Origin: Rhodospirillales bacterium
GTDB taxonomy: Bacteria; Pseudomonadota; Alphaproteobacteria; Reyranellales; Reyranellaceae
DNA length: 32,000 nt
Assembly: GCA_947466085.1 (NCBI GenBank)
Contig: CANIEC010000036.1
Coordinates: 1 to 32,000, forward strand
Reading direction: 5' to 3'
The position numbers and the translations under genes were made by a program. The notes beneath the pieces are model-generated. The model was not told the origin of the DNA and did not search any database. It was given only the letters and a program-made list of their open reading frames with translations. Shown here one piece after another: positions 16,216 to 26,249 of this stretch. The first letter of the stretch is position 1. Each line of letters starts with the position of its first letter.

Positions 16216-17263
16216 GGCTGGCCTGACCGCGGCGCTTCGATCCCCAGAGGCTCGCCATTTTGGGCAGGGATATCGAGGCGTCGGCGCCTGACGGCAGTTG
16301 GCCTTCGTGGTTCGAGATCCACGACATGACGTCTTCCGTCACGGCCGGACCCGCCTTGTCGCGCATCAGCAGGTGGTAGCCGTTCTTGTAGAAGGCAAGC
16401 TTTGAATCGGGACGGGGCGGCATGATCGCGATGGCCGCCTTGACCGGATCCTGCGGCACGATGCGATCTCCCAGCCCGTACATCATGAGATAGGGCTCGT
16501 TGACCCGGGCCGCGGAAGCGCGCGCATCGTCCATCAGGTCGACCAGCCCATAGGCCATGTCGAGGCGGGGTTGGCGCAGCATCATCGGGTCGTTGCGCAA
16601 TTTCTCGATGGTCTTGGGGTTGTCGGTCGGCTGATAGTCGATCGAGGTCGGCCCCGCGGGCATCCAGGGGATGGTGTGGGCGAAGAACCACAGGCCGGCA
16701 CTGGCCACCGGCCCGAACGTGTCGCGCGAGCGGACGGCCGCCGCCGACAGGATCAGCCCGTCCGACTCGGTCCCCCGATCGGCCGCCACCAGCACCACCG
16801 CACCACCCATGCTCTCGCCGGCCAGATAGAAGGGCACGCCGGGATGGCGCGCGCGCACGAGGGCTGCGACCGTCCTCGCATCCTCGACCAGCGTGTCCGT
16901 GCCTGGCCAGCGGCCCCGGGTCGGGCTGCCGCCGAAGCCGCGCTGGTCGTAGGCGTAGGTGGTGATGTCGGCGCCCGACCAGCTTCCGGCCGGCTCCTCC
17001 CAAGCCATGCGGTAGTCGCCGAACCCGTGCAAGGCCAGGATGACCGCCTTGGGGGCGCCGTTTGCCGCAGGCCACACCGACAGCGGTAGCGCAGTCCCGT
17101 CCGCCGCGACATAACGGTCCTCCGTCAGCCGCGGCGTCTGCACCGCGCCGCCCGCCGGAACCACCGTCGGGGCGCAGGCTGAGAGCATGACCGCGGCCGC
17201 GGAGGCCGCTATCATTCGCCGGCGTAACAGGAGTGGGATCGTGACGGAGCCGTTTGAAGTCAT
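16196..17263 (-). CDS. Alpha/beta hydrolase (lysophospholipase / monoacylglycerol-lipase-like), probable lipoprotein
   Basis: Motifs HGFGDY, nucleophile elbow GESMGG, late GYHLLMRD. Lipobox MLSAC. The start is ambiguous. ATG 17263 gives an RRR-containing signal but overlaps the divergent gene by 23 nt. ATG 17215 gives a signal without positive charge. Confidence 0.8.
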   Translation of the reverse strand: MTSNGSVTIPLLLRRRMIAASAAAVMLSACAPTVVPAGGAVQTPRLTEDRYVAADGTALPLSVWPAANGAPKAVILALHGFGDYRMAWEEPAGSWSGADITTYAYDQRGFGGSPTRGRWPGTDTLVEDARTVAALVRARHPGVPFYLAGESMGGAVVLVAADRGTESDGLILSAAAVRSRDTFGPVASAGLWFFAHTIPWMPAGPTSIDYQPTDNPKTIEKLRNDPMMLRQPRLDMAYGLVDLMDDARASAARVNEPYLMMYGLGDRIVPQDPVKAAIAIMPPRPDSKLAFYKNGYHLLMRDKAGPAVTEDVMSWISNHEGQLPSGADASISLPKMASLWGSKRRGQASPRPRSE

Positions 17264-17423
17264 CACTGTCGATACTGACCGCGTCGCCTGCGATGGCGGG
17301 GGCGGCGCGTTGGGCCATCCCAAAGTGTACCTCAACCTGGGCCCGGAAGGACACGTCGAGTGTCCCTACTGCAGCAGGCTCTACAAGCTGCGCGAAGGCG
17401 CGCATCCCGCCCACGCTCACTAA
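17241..17423 (+). CDS. zf-CHCC zinc-finger domain protein (NDUFS6 C-terminal-like), 60 aa
   Basis: GTG at 17241 after AGGAG (7-nt spacing). Motif GHPKVYLNL...VECPYCSRLY. Confidence 0.7.
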   Translation: MTEPFEVITVDTDRVACDGGGGALGHPKVYLNLGPEGHVECPYCSRLYKLREGAHPAHAH

Positions 17424-17435
17424 GGGAACGACCCC

Positions 17436-17894
17436 ATGAAACAGCTCGGTGAAGGCTGGAACTGGCGCGACCTCAAGATCGGCGACAAGTTCGTCACCTA
17501 TGGCCGGACCATCTTCGAGGCCGATCTCCTGAATTTCGTGACCCTTTGCGGCTTTTCCGAGGAGCTGTTCACCAACAGGGAATACATCAGGGAGCACGCG
17601 CCGATGCGCGGCGGGCATCCCGTGCCGGGCGCCCTGGTCTACTCCATGGCCGAAGGTCTGGTGATCCCGACGACCTTGCAGGGAACGGGCCTCGCCTTCC
17701 TGTCGATGGGCTTCGACATCAAGGGCCCGACCTACGTCAACGACACGCTCCACGTCGAGATCGAGATCACCGAGATCAAGCCGACCTCCAAGGACCCGAT
17801 GCGCGCCCTGGTGAGGACCACCAACCTGGTCAAGAACCAGAAGGGCGAAACGGTGCTGGTCTACACGCCTCTGCGCATGCTGCAGGGAAGCTGA
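17436..17894 (+). CDS. MaoC-like (R)-specific enoyl-CoA hydratase/dehydratase (hotdog fold)
   Basis: 152 aa. The pattern GDKFVTYGRTIFEADLLNFVTLCG...HPVPGALV...DTLHVEIEITEIK fits MaoC dehydratases. Starts 12 nt after the zf gene. Confidence 0.8.
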   Translation: MKQLGEGWNWRDLKIGDKFVTYGRTIFEADLLNFVTLCGFSEELFTNREYIREHAPMRGGHPVPGALVYSMAEGLVIPTTLQGTGLAFLSMGFDIKGPTYVNDTLHVEIEITEIKPTSKDPMRALVRTTNLVKNQKGETVLVYTPLRMLQGS

Positions 17895-17900
17895 CCTCCG

Positions 17901-18710
17901 ATGCCGATGCCGACCGACGCCGAGATCGCCCGCTACCGCGAGGACGGCGCCGTCTGCCTGCGCGGCGCCATTCCCATGGAATGGATCGAGCGGATGCGCG
18001 CGGCCGTGGACGACGACATGGCGAGTCCCGGGCCGATGGTGCGGATCAACACGCCGCAGGGCGCGCCCGGCCTGTTCTTCGTCGACTTCCAGCTCTGGCA
18101 GCGCCACCCGGCGGCCCGCGCCTTCGTCTATGAGTCGCCCGCCCGCGAGATCGTGGCCAGGCTCATGGGCTCGAAGGAGGTCGTCTACTATCACGACCAT
18201 CTGCTGGTGAAGGAGCCGGGCACGCAGGAGCGCACGCCCTGGCATCACGACCAGCCCTACTATCCGATCGACGGCGAGCAGGTGATCTCGCTGTGGACGC
18301 CGCTCGATCCCGTCGATCGCGAGACCTGCGTCGAATATGTGAAGGGCTCGCACCGCTGGGGCCGCTGGTTCCAGCCGAAGTTCTTCAAGCAGGGCGGCGT
18401 CGACCTGCAGGTCCGGGACAGCCGCTTCGAGCCGCTGCCCGATCTCGATGCCGAGCGCGGCGAACACGAGTTCCTCGCCTGGGACATGGAGCCGGGCGAC
18501 GTCATTGCCTTCCACGCGCTCACGCTCCACGGCGCCTCGGGCAACCGCTCGACTGCGCGTCGCCGTCGCGCCTGGGCGACACGGTGGTGCGGTGACGATG
18601 CTCGCTACGGCGCTCGCGTCGGCCAGATTTCGCCGCCCATCGAGGGGCACGGGCTGAAGCCGGGCGACAGGCTCGAATGCGAGACATTTCCCAAGGTCTG
18701 GCCGGCGTAA
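17901..18710 (+). CDS. Phytanoyl-CoA dioxygenase (PhyH) family Fe(II)/2-oxoglutarate dioxygenase
   Basis: HxD in TPWHHDQPYY, distal His in AFHALTLHGASGN, R in RRRAWATRW. Starts 6 nt after the MaoC gene. Confidence 0.85.
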   Translation: MPMPTDAEIARYREDGAVCLRGAIPMEWIERMRAAVDDDMASPGPMVRINTPQGAPGLFFVDFQLWQRHPAARAFVYESPAREIVARLMGSKEVVYYHDHLLVKEPGTQERTPWHHDQPYYPIDGEQVISLWTPLDPVDRETCVEYVKGSHRWGRWFQPKFFKQGGVDLQVRDSRFEPLPDLDAERGEHEFLAWDMEPGDVIAFHALTLHGASGNRSTARRRRAWATRWCGDDARYGARVGQISPPIEGHGLKPGDRLECETFPKVWPA

Positions 18711-18711
18711 A

Positions 18712-19089
18712 TCAGGAGCCTGAGTCGAACCCGTCCAGCCATTCGCGGGCTTTGTGCAGCTCGCGGAAGATCTTCACCGGGCGGTCTCCATCTGCCAGCG
18801 TCTCGAACAGGCGGGCCTGCTGGTAGGCGCGTTCGGTCACGGCGATGATGGCGAGGGGGCCGAGCGTCGCGATCTTCATGTAGGCGCGGATACGAGCGCC
18901 GAGCGCCATCATGTCGGCGTCGCTCAGCATCATGCTGGCTTGCGTCGTGTCGAATATCTTTCGGTAGGGCAGGGCATCGGCGACGGTCACGCCGTCGAGA
19001 TAGGCTTCGACATCCGCGAGCCGCAGCTCGTCCTGCGCGACGGCAATCACGAGGCGGTGCGGGTTGGAGATTGTCCACTGGACCGGCAT
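18712..19089 (-). CDS. Hypothetical protein, paralog of 1658-2110 (possible STAS/SpoIIAA-like fold)
   Basis: 125 aa. 43/119 identical, without gaps, to the product of 1658-2110. Last gene of the minus-strand cluster 18712-22988. Confidence 0.65.
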   Translation of the reverse strand: MPVQWTISNPHRLVIAVAQDELRLADVEAYLDGVTVADALPYRKIFDTTQASMMLSDADMMALGARIRAYMKIATLGPLAIIAVTERAYQQARLFETLADGDRPVKIFRELHKAREWLDGFDSGS

Positions 19090-19138
19090 GCCAGCGGACT
19101 ATGCCGGAACGCCCGCAGAACCGACAAGGGCCCGCGTG

Positions 19139-20161
19139 TTACGGAACGAGGACGGCCTTGCCGACGACGGTGCGTTCCTCGATGAGGCGAAAAGCCTTCA
19201 CCCAATCTGCAAGGTCGTAGGTTGCGGCAACGGTCGCCTTGAGCTTGCCCTCGGTGAACCAGTGGGTGAGTTCCTTTTGCGCGTCTGCCACCAACGCGCG
19301 GCGCCGGGCGAGGGCCTCCGCCTCCTTGGGCGACGGCACGCCCTTGCCGCCCCAGCCATTCCAGTAGCCGTAGTAGAAGCCGATCACCGTCACGTTCTTG
19401 ACCAGCAGGATGTTGGCCGGGATCTGCGGGACGGTGCCGCTGGCGAAGCCCATCGGGATGAGGCGGCCCTCGGGCGCAACGCAGCGCAGCGAGGCATCGA
19501 AGGCCGATCCGCCGACCGGATCGTAGATGACATCGGCGCCGCGGCCGCCGGTGACTTCCAGAACCTTGGTGCGCAGATCCTCCGCGCGATAGTCGATCAG
19601 GTGATCGGCGCCGGCCTCCTGCGCGGCCTTCAGCTTGTCGGGGCCGCCGGCGCTGGCGATCACCACCGCGCCCATCGCCTTGCCGACCTCGATGGCGGTG
19701 AGGCCCGATCCGCCGCCCGCGCCGTGCACCAGCAGCACTTCGCCGGGCTGCAGGTTGGCCTTCCACTTCAGGGCGCCATAGGCCGTGGGGTAGAGAGTCG
19801 GAAAATTGGTCGCCTCGGCATAGGGCATGATCTCGGGGATCTGCACGAGGTTCGCGGCCGCCGCCGTCGCGTACTCGGCGAAAGCACCCTGGCTGACGCC
19901 CGTTGCGATGCGGTCGCCGATCGACACGTTCGTCACGCCTTCGCCCAGTGCCACGACATGGCCGGCCAGCTCGTTGCCGGGCACGTAGGGCATGGGCGGC
20001 TTGTTCTGGTGCTTGCCCTGCACGCCCAGCATCGCGGCGAAACTCACGCCCGCGGCACGGACCTTGACCAGCACCTCGCCGGCCTTCGGCACGGGCTGCG
20101 GAATGTCCTCGACCTTCAGACTGTCGATCGGACCATAGGCATGACAAACCAGCGCCCGCAT
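19139..20161 (-). CDS. NADPH:quinone oxidoreductase / zinc-type alcohol dehydrogenase (MDR) family protein
   Basis: 340 aa. Motifs GEVLVKVRAAGV, PYVPGNELAG, LVHGAGGGSGLTAIEVGK. Confidence 0.85.
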   Translation of the reverse strand: MRALVCHAYGPIDSLKVEDIPQPVPKAGEVLVKVRAAGVSFAAMLGVQGKHQNKPPMPYVPGNELAGHVVALGEGVTNVSIGDRIATGVSQGAFAEYATAAAANLVQIPEIMPYAEATNFPTLYPTAYGALKWKANLQPGEVLLVHGAGGGSGLTAIEVGKAMGAVVIASAGGPDKLKAAQEAGADHLIDYRAEDLRTKVLEVTGGRGADVIYDPVGGSAFDASLRCVAPEGRLIPMGFASGTVPQIPANILLVKNVTVIGFYYGYWNGWGGKGVPSPKEAEALARRRALVADAQKELTHWFTEGKLKATVAATYDLADWVKAFRLIEERTVVGKAVLVP

Positions 20162-20177
20162 ATTCCTAACTCCCGGA

Positions 20178-20945
<768 letters not shown>

Positions 20946-20954
20946 GCCTTCGTC

Positions 20955-21338
20955 TTAGCGAACCGTGAGGAGCTCGTCTTCAAGCTGGGCGTTGGAGCGG
21001 GCCGGTGTGCGGAAGTACCACCAGTTCTTCTGGGCGGTCCAATGTTCCTTGCGCGCCGTGCCGCCGCCCCAGACGCAGCGCTTGAAGTCGCGCGTCGCGG
21101 CCATGAAGACCCGGTCGGCCTCGTCGAGCTTCAGCGCGTGGTCGCCCATCTCCTCGCGGCTGAACATCGGCAGCGCCTCGAGGATCAGCTCGCGCACGTC
21201 GACGTCGTTCAGCCAGTTGTCGAGGTCGAACGTGTAGCCCTCCCGCTCCAGATCGCCGGCGAAAGTCGCCCACTGGTCGATCAGTTCCTGCAGGTCGGCC
21301 ACGTTGGGCGGGCCGGGCGGTGGTAATGGCGGGTTCAA
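20955..21338 (-). CDS. Acidic cytoplasmic hypothetical protein (127 aa), translationally coupled to the upstream gene; candidate inhibitor/immunity partner
   Basis: TTG start at 21338 overlaps the upstream TGA (TTGA) and is preceded by AGAGGGA. No signal peptide. About 23 D/E versus 14 K/R by my count. No family recognised. Confidence 0.55.
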   Translation of the reverse strand: MNPPLPPPGPPNVADLQELIDQWATFAGDLEREGYTFDLDNWLNDVDVRELILEALPMFSREEMGDHALKLDEADRVFMAATRDFKRCVWGGGTARKEHWTAQKNWWYFRTPARSNAQLEDELLTVR

Positions 21339-21796
21339 TCGTTCCCTCTTTCGGATTGCCGGCGGAAGTAGCGCTCGCCGTCGTTGGGTTTGAAAAAGGT
21401 GCGTATGACGCCGTTGGCATTGAAGGCGATGAAGGCGCCAGTGTCACGGTCGAAGCGCGTGACGACGCCGTCACGCCGCACCGTCTCGAGGATCGGTCCG
21501 CCGGATTTGGCGTCCCGCAGCAGCTGCGCCTGCCGAAGATAGTCCTGCTTGGTGATGCGACCGAACTCGGCACCGTGTTTCTGATAGTGATCGTCCAGGC
21601 GGCGCTGGTCGGCGAAGCCGACGCTCGCGCCCCAGCCCTGGCCCGCCTCGCGCGTCTCGGCGGAAATCGCAGGACCGCGCGCGGCCTCGCGCTGTCCGCG
21701 TTCGGAGGTCTGTGTCCAGAAGAGGAAAATCGCGACCGCCGCCAGCGCCGCCGTCAGCAGACGGCGCCACGGCAAGCCGCGGGTGCGGAGGTTCAT
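21335..21796 (-). CDS. Membrane-anchored/exported basic hypothetical protein with KHGxEFG...TFFKP C-terminal domain (candidate nuclease/toxin-like domain)
   Basis: ATG at 21796, 4 nt after the puuD-like stop (the listed start at 21832 is TTG). MNLRTRGLPWRR plus helix LLTAALAAVAIFLFW, then a low-complexity linker, then DDHYQKHGAEFGRITKQDYLRQAQLL...NANGVIRTFFKPNDGERYF. Confidence 0.6.
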   Translation of the reverse strand: MNLRTRGLPWRRLLTAALAAVAIFLFWTQTSERGQREAARGPAISAETREAGQGWGASVGFADQRRLDDHYQKHGAEFGRITKQDYLRQAQLLRDAKSGGPILETVRRDGVVTRFDRDTGAFIAFNANGVIRTFFKPNDGERYFRRQSERGND

Positions 21797-21800
21797 ACCC

Positions 21801-22988
21801 CTATTGTGCGCCGCCTTTGAACCAGCGCGCAATCATGCGGCGCTCGGCGTCGGTGATGTTCGTCATGTTGCCGGGCGGCATGACGCGCGAGGCGGCGGCC
21901 TGCTGGTTGATGGCCGCGGCCATGGCGTGAATTTGTGCTGGGGTCTCGAGCAGGAGTCCCTTGGGCGGCGCCAGGAAGCCCTCCTGGGTGGGCTTTGCGG
22001 CATGACAGGACGTGCAGCGCGCCTGGATGATGGGCTGGACCTCGGCGAAGGCCACCGGTCCGCCGCCGTCGGCGCTTGGCCTCGGCAGCGAAAGAAGTGC
22101 CGTGATGGCGATGAAGACGAAGCCCGCTGCGAGGACCAGCGGGTTGGCGTTACCCTTGTGGCGCTGGACGAACCAGACGCGGATCAGGGCGCCGGCGATC
22201 GAGATCGTGAGCAGCAGCACCCAGTTCCACTCGTGGCCGTAGAGGCCGGCATAGTGGTTGCTGATCATCGTGAACAGCACGGGGAGTGTGAAATAGGTGT
22301 TGTGGACCGAGCGCTGGCGGCCCCGCAGCCCGTGGATCGGGTCGGGAATCCGGCCCTCTTCCTTGGCCTTCACCAGCTCGCGCTGGCCCGGGATGATCAC
22401 GAAATAGACGTTCAGCACCATGATGGTGCCGAGCATGGCGCCGAAATGGATGTAGGCGCCGCGGCCGGAGAAGATGTGGCAAAGCGCCCAGGCGGCGGCG
22501 ACGCAGTACAGGAAGATGAGCCCGCCCAGCACGACATCGTCCTGGCCCAGGGTCGAGCGGCAGAGAAAGTCGTAGACCAGCCATCCCAGCACGAGGAACC
22601 CGAGCCCGATGGCGATCGCCTGCACCTTCGTCAGCGGCAGGACCGACGGATCGATCAGCGCGACCTCGGCGCCGTAGTAATAGACGAGGCAGAGCAGGAA
22701 GAAGCCGGTGACGAGCGTCGTATAGGCTTCCCACTTGAACCAGTGCAGCTCGGGCGGCAGCCGCTCCGGCGCGACCTTGAACTTCTTGGCCGTGTAGAAG
22801 CCGCCGCCATGGACCGCCCAGACCTCGCCGCCGATTCCCCTGGCCTCGTCGGCCGGATCGAGCGGCTTGTGCAGGTGGTTATCCAGCCAGATGAAATAGA
22901 AAGAGGCGCCGATCCAGGCGATGCCCACGATCATGTGAGCCCAGCGCAGCAGCAGATTCAGCCAGTCTATGACGAAAGCGGCGTCCAT
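21801..22988 (-). CDS. puuD: PuuD-like integral-membrane cytochrome c (urate hydroxylase family)
   Basis: ATG at 22988 (MDAAFVIDWLNLLLRWAHMIVGIAWIGASFYFIWLDNHL). Multiple TM helices. C-terminal heme c motif CTSCH. The listed 558-aa ORF was trimmed. Confidence 0.75.
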   Translation of the reverse strand: MDAAFVIDWLNLLLRWAHMIVGIAWIGASFYFIWLDNHLHKPLDPADEARGIGGEVWAVHGGGFYTAKKFKVAPERLPPELHWFKWEAYTTLVTGFFLLCLVYYYGAEVALIDPSVLPLTKVQAIAIGLGFLVLGWLVYDFLCRSTLGQDDVVLGGLIFLYCVAAAWALCHIFSGRGAYIHFGAMLGTIMVLNVYFVIIPGQRELVKAKEEGRIPDPIHGLRGRQRSVHNTYFTLPVLFTMISNHYAGLYGHEWNWVLLLTISIAGALIRVWFVQRHKGNANPLVLAAGFVFIAITALLSLPRPSADGGGPVAFAEVQPIIQARCTSCHAAKPTQEGFLAPPKGLLLETPAQIHAMAAAINQQAAASRVMPPGNMTNITDAERRMIARWFKGGAQ

Positions 22989-23012
22989 GAACTCTCGTAG
23001 CGCCTTGCCGGG

Positions 23013-23030
23013 TACCGCCTCAAGGCGGTA
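23013..23030. promoter_or_regulatory. Palindrome TACCGCC-TCAA-GGCGGTA in the 88-bp divergent puuD-like/aceB intergenic region
   Basis: Perfect 7-bp arms with a 4-nt spacer, read directly. Operator function is a guess. Confidence 0.25.
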
Positions 23031-23076
23031 AATCGCCCTTTCGACTGAAACCGAACGAATTTCGAGGGGAACGACG

Positions 23077-24696
23077 ATGGCGGCTTTGGACCTTCCTGCA
23101 GGTGTGACGATCGACGGCGCCCTCAAGCCCGGTTTCGAGAAGGTGCTCACGAAAGAGGCAGTCGCCTTCGTCGCCGACCTGCAGCGCAAGTTCAACGCCC
23201 GCCGCGAGGAGCTGCTGGCCCTGCGCGTCGAGCGCCAGAAGCGCCTCGATGCCGGCGAGAAGCCGGATTTCCTGCCGGAAACCGCGAAAATCCGCGAGAG
23301 CGACTGGACGGTCGCGCCGCTGCCCAAGGACATCCTGGACCGCCGGGTCGAGATCACCGGGCCGGTCGACCGCAAGATGATCATCAACGCGCTGAATTGC
23401 GGCGCCAATGTCTTCATGGCGGACTTCGAGGACGCCTCGACCCCGACCTGGGCCAACATGGTCGAGGGCCAGTACAATCTGGCCGACGCGGTCCGCCGCC
23501 AGATCGACTATGTCGATCCGGTCAGCGGCAAGGCCTACAAGCTGAATGAAAAGACGGCGGTCCTGTTCGTGCGTCCGCGCGGCTGGCACCTGCTCGAGAA
23601 GCACATGACGGTCGACGGCAAGCCGATGTCGGGGTCGCTGTTCGATTTCGGCCTCTACTTCTTCCATAACGCCAAGGAAGCGCTGTCGCGCGGCACCGGG
23701 CCGTACTTCTACCTGCCCAAGATGGAGAGCCATCTCGAGGCGCGCCTCTGGAACGACGTGTTCGTGGCCGCGCAGGACGCGCTCGGCGTGCCGCAGAAGT
23801 CGATCAAGGCCACGGTGCTGATCGAGACGATCGTCGCCACCTTCGAGATGGACGAGATCCTGTGGGAGCTGAAGGACCACTCCGCCGGCCTCAATTGCGG
23901 CCGCTGGGATTACATCTTCTCCTTTATCAAGAAGTTCCGCGAGCAGGAGTGGGCGGTGCTGCCCGATCGCGGCACGGTCGGCATGACCTCGCATTTCCTG
24001 CGCTCCTACAGCCAGCTCGTGATCAAGACCTGCCACCGCCGCGAAGTGCATGCGATGGGCGGCATGGCGGCGCAGATTCCGATTAAGAACGATCCGAAGG
24101 CCAACGACGAGGCGATGGGCCGCGTCCACGCCGACAAGAAGCGCGAGGCCGGCGACGGCCATGACGGCACGTGGGTGGCGCATCCCGGCCTGGTGCCGAT
24201 CGCGAAGGCCGAGTTCGACGCGGTCATGAAGGAGGCCAACCAGATCGCGCGCAAGCGCCAGGACGTGCACGTCACGGCCGCCGACCTGATCCAGATCCCC
24301 ACCGGGCCGAAGACCGAGGCGGGCCTGCGCCAGAACGTGGCCGTCGGCATCGGCTATGTCGAGGCGTGGCTGCGCGGCATCGGTTGCGTGCCGCTGTTCA
24401 ACCTGATGGAAGACGCCGCCACCGCCGAGATCAGCCGCGCGCAGGTCTGGCAGTGGGTGCGCCACAACCAGAAGCTCGACGACGGGCGCGCCATCACCAA
24501 GGAATTCGTGCGCCAGATCGTGCGCGAGGAGAACGACAAGGTGAAGGCGCAGATCGGCGAGGAAGCCTATGCCAAGGGCCGCTACGAGGATGCGGCCCAG
24601 CTGATGATCGACCTGGTCGAGCAGCCGCAGTTCTACGAGTTCCTGACCTTGCCGGCGTACGATCGCATCATCGCCGACGAGAAAGCGGCCGCCTGA
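23077..24696 (+). CDS. aceB: Malate synthase A
   Basis: 539 aa, collinear with E. coli AceB as I recall it: [73 protein letters not shown]. Confidence 0.95.
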   Translation: MAALDLPAGVTIDGALKPGFEKVLTKEAVAFVADLQRKFNARREELLALRVERQKRLDAGEKPDFLPETAKIRESDWTVAPLPKDILDRRVEITGPVDRKMIINALNCGANVFMADFEDASTPTWANMVEGQYNLADAVRRQIDYVDPVSGKAYKLNEKTAVLFVRPRGWHLLEKHMTVDGKPMSGSLFDFGLYFFHNAKEALSRGTGPYFYLPKMESHLEARLWNDVFVAAQDALGVPQKSIKATVLIETIVATFEMDEILWELKDHSAGLNCGRWDYIFSFIKKFREQEWAVLPDRGTVGMTSHFLRSYSQLVIKTCHRREVHAMGGMAAQIPIKNDPKANDEAMGRVHADKKREAGDGHDGTWVAHPGLVPIAKAEFDAVMKEANQIARKRQDVHVTAADLIQIPTGPKTEAGLRQNVAVGIGYVEAWLRGIGCVPLFNLMEDAATAEISRAQVWQWVRHNQKLDDGRAITKEFVRQIVREENDKVKAQIGEEAYAKGRYEDAAQLMIDLVEQPQFYEFLTLPAYDRIIADEKAAA

Positions 24697-24706
24697 GGAC
24701 GAAGCG

Positions 24707-26239
24707 ATGATCAAGACCGTTTACGACGTCACCTCCGCGGGCAAGCCCGACGCGCCGGCCATCGGCGCGCCGGGACGGCCGTGGCTCACCTATGGCGGCC
24801 TGAAGAAGCTGACGGACGATACGCTGGCGGCACTGAACGCCGTCGGCATCGGCCGTGGCGACCGCGTCGCCATGGTCGCGCCGAACGGGCCGGAGATGGC
24901 GTCCTCGTTCATCGCCGTCGCCTCCGGGACCAGCTCGGCGCCGCTCAATCCCGCCTATCGTGCCGACGAGTTCGAGTTCTACCTCGACGACCTGAAGCCC
25001 AAGGCGGTGATCGTGCAGCAGGGCATGGACAGCCCCGTACGCGGCATGGCCGAGAAGGTCGGCGTGCCGATCATCGAGCTGATCCCGACCGCCGACGGTC
25101 CGGCCGGAAGCTTCACGCTCGACGTGTCGGCGCTGAAGCCGGCCAAGGCCGCGAGTCCCGGCACGTCGGTCGACGGCGAGATCGCGCTGGTGCTGCACAC
25201 GTCGGGCACGACCGCTCGTCCCAAGATCGTGCCGCTGTCGACCGCCAACCTCGCCGCCTCGGCGCGTCATATCGCGGAATCGCTGGCGCTGACGCCGGGC
25301 GACCGCTGCATGAACATCATGCCGCTGTTCCACATCCACGGGCTGATCGCCGCGACGCTCTCGTCGCTCGGCGCCGGCGCCGCGGTGTCGTGCACGCCGG
25401 GCTTCAACGCGCTGCGCTTCTTCGCCCAGCTCGAGGAGGTGAAGCCCACCTGGTACACGGCCGTGCCGACGATGCACCAGGCGATCCTGACGCGCCTGCG
25501 CAGCCACGCCGACGCGGCGAAGGCCGCCAAGCTGCGCTTCATCCGTTCCTCGTCGGCCTCGCTGCCGCCGCAGGTCATGCTCGAACTCGAGGCCGCCTTC
25601 GACTGCCCGGTGATCGAGGCCTACGGCATGACCGAGGCCAGCCATCAGATGGCGTCGAACGCGCTGCCCCCGGGCAAGCGCAAGCCCGGCGCCGTCGGTC
25701 TGCCGGCGGGGCCGAAGATCGCCATTATGGACGAGGCCGGCCACTTCCTGCCCCAGGGCACGATCGGCGAGGTCGTGATCCAGGGACCGAACGTCACGGC
25801 GGGCTACGACAACAATCCCGATGCCAACCTGAAGGCCTTCGCCGAGGGCTGGTTCCGCACCGGCGACCAGGGCCGCTTCGACGAGGACGGTTACCTGTTC
25901 CTGACCGGCCGCCTGAAGGAGATCATCAACCGCGGCGGCGAGAAGATCAGCCCGATCGAGGTCGACACGATCCTGATGGATCATCCGGCGGTCGAGCAGT
26001 GCGTGACCTTCGCGATCCCCCATCACATGCTGGGTGAGGATGTCGGCGCGGTTGTCGTACTGCGGGCAGGCCAGGAGGCGACGGAGCGCGAGCTGCGCGA
26101 CTTCGTGGCCAAGCATGCGGCCGACTTCAAGGTGCCGCGCAAGGTCGTGTTCGTGAGCGAGATCCCCAAGGGCGCGACCGGCAAGCTGCAGCGCATCGGC
26201 CTTGCTGCCAAGCTCGGCCTCGCCGAGGCAAAAGCCTGA
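24707..26239 (+). CDS. AMP-dependent CoA ligase, oxalate--CoA ligase (AAE3/Pcs60)-like
   Basis: Motifs LHTSGTTARPKIV, PLFHIHGL, WYTAVPTMHQAIL, KLRFIRSSSASLPP, GWFRTGDQG, INRGGEKISPIEVD. These match my recollection of plant/yeast oxalyl-CoA synthetases. Starts 10 nt after aceB. Confidence 0.8.
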   Translation: MIKTVYDVTSAGKPDAPAIGAPGRPWLTYGGLKKLTDDTLAALNAVGIGRGDRVAMVAPNGPEMASSFIAVASGTSSAPLNPAYRADEFEFYLDDLKPKAVIVQQGMDSPVRGMAEKVGVPIIELIPTADGPAGSFTLDVSALKPAKAASPGTSVDGEIALVLHTSGTTARPKIVPLSTANLAASARHIAESLALTPGDRCMNIMPLFHIHGLIAATLSSLGAGAAVSCTPGFNALRFFAQLEEVKPTWYTAVPTMHQAILTRLRSHADAAKAAKLRFIRSSSASLPPQVMLELEAAFDCPVIEAYGMTEASHQMASNALPPGKRKPGAVGLPAGPKIAIMDEAGHFLPQGTIGEVVIQGPNVTAGYDNNPDANLKAFAEGWFRTGDQGRFDEDGYLFLTGRLKEIINRGGEKISPIEVDTILMDHPAVEQCVTFAIPHHMLGEDVGAVVVLRAGQEATERELRDFVAKHAADFKVPRKVVFVSEIPKGATGKLQRIGLAAKLGLAEAKA

Positions 26240-26249
26240 GGACGATGAC

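Noticed and set aside
22989-23477. Upstream extension of the puuD-like ORF to 558 aa
   Set aside because: The extension runs antisense into the aceB coding region. The conserved membrane domain begins at MDAAFVIDW (ATG 22988).
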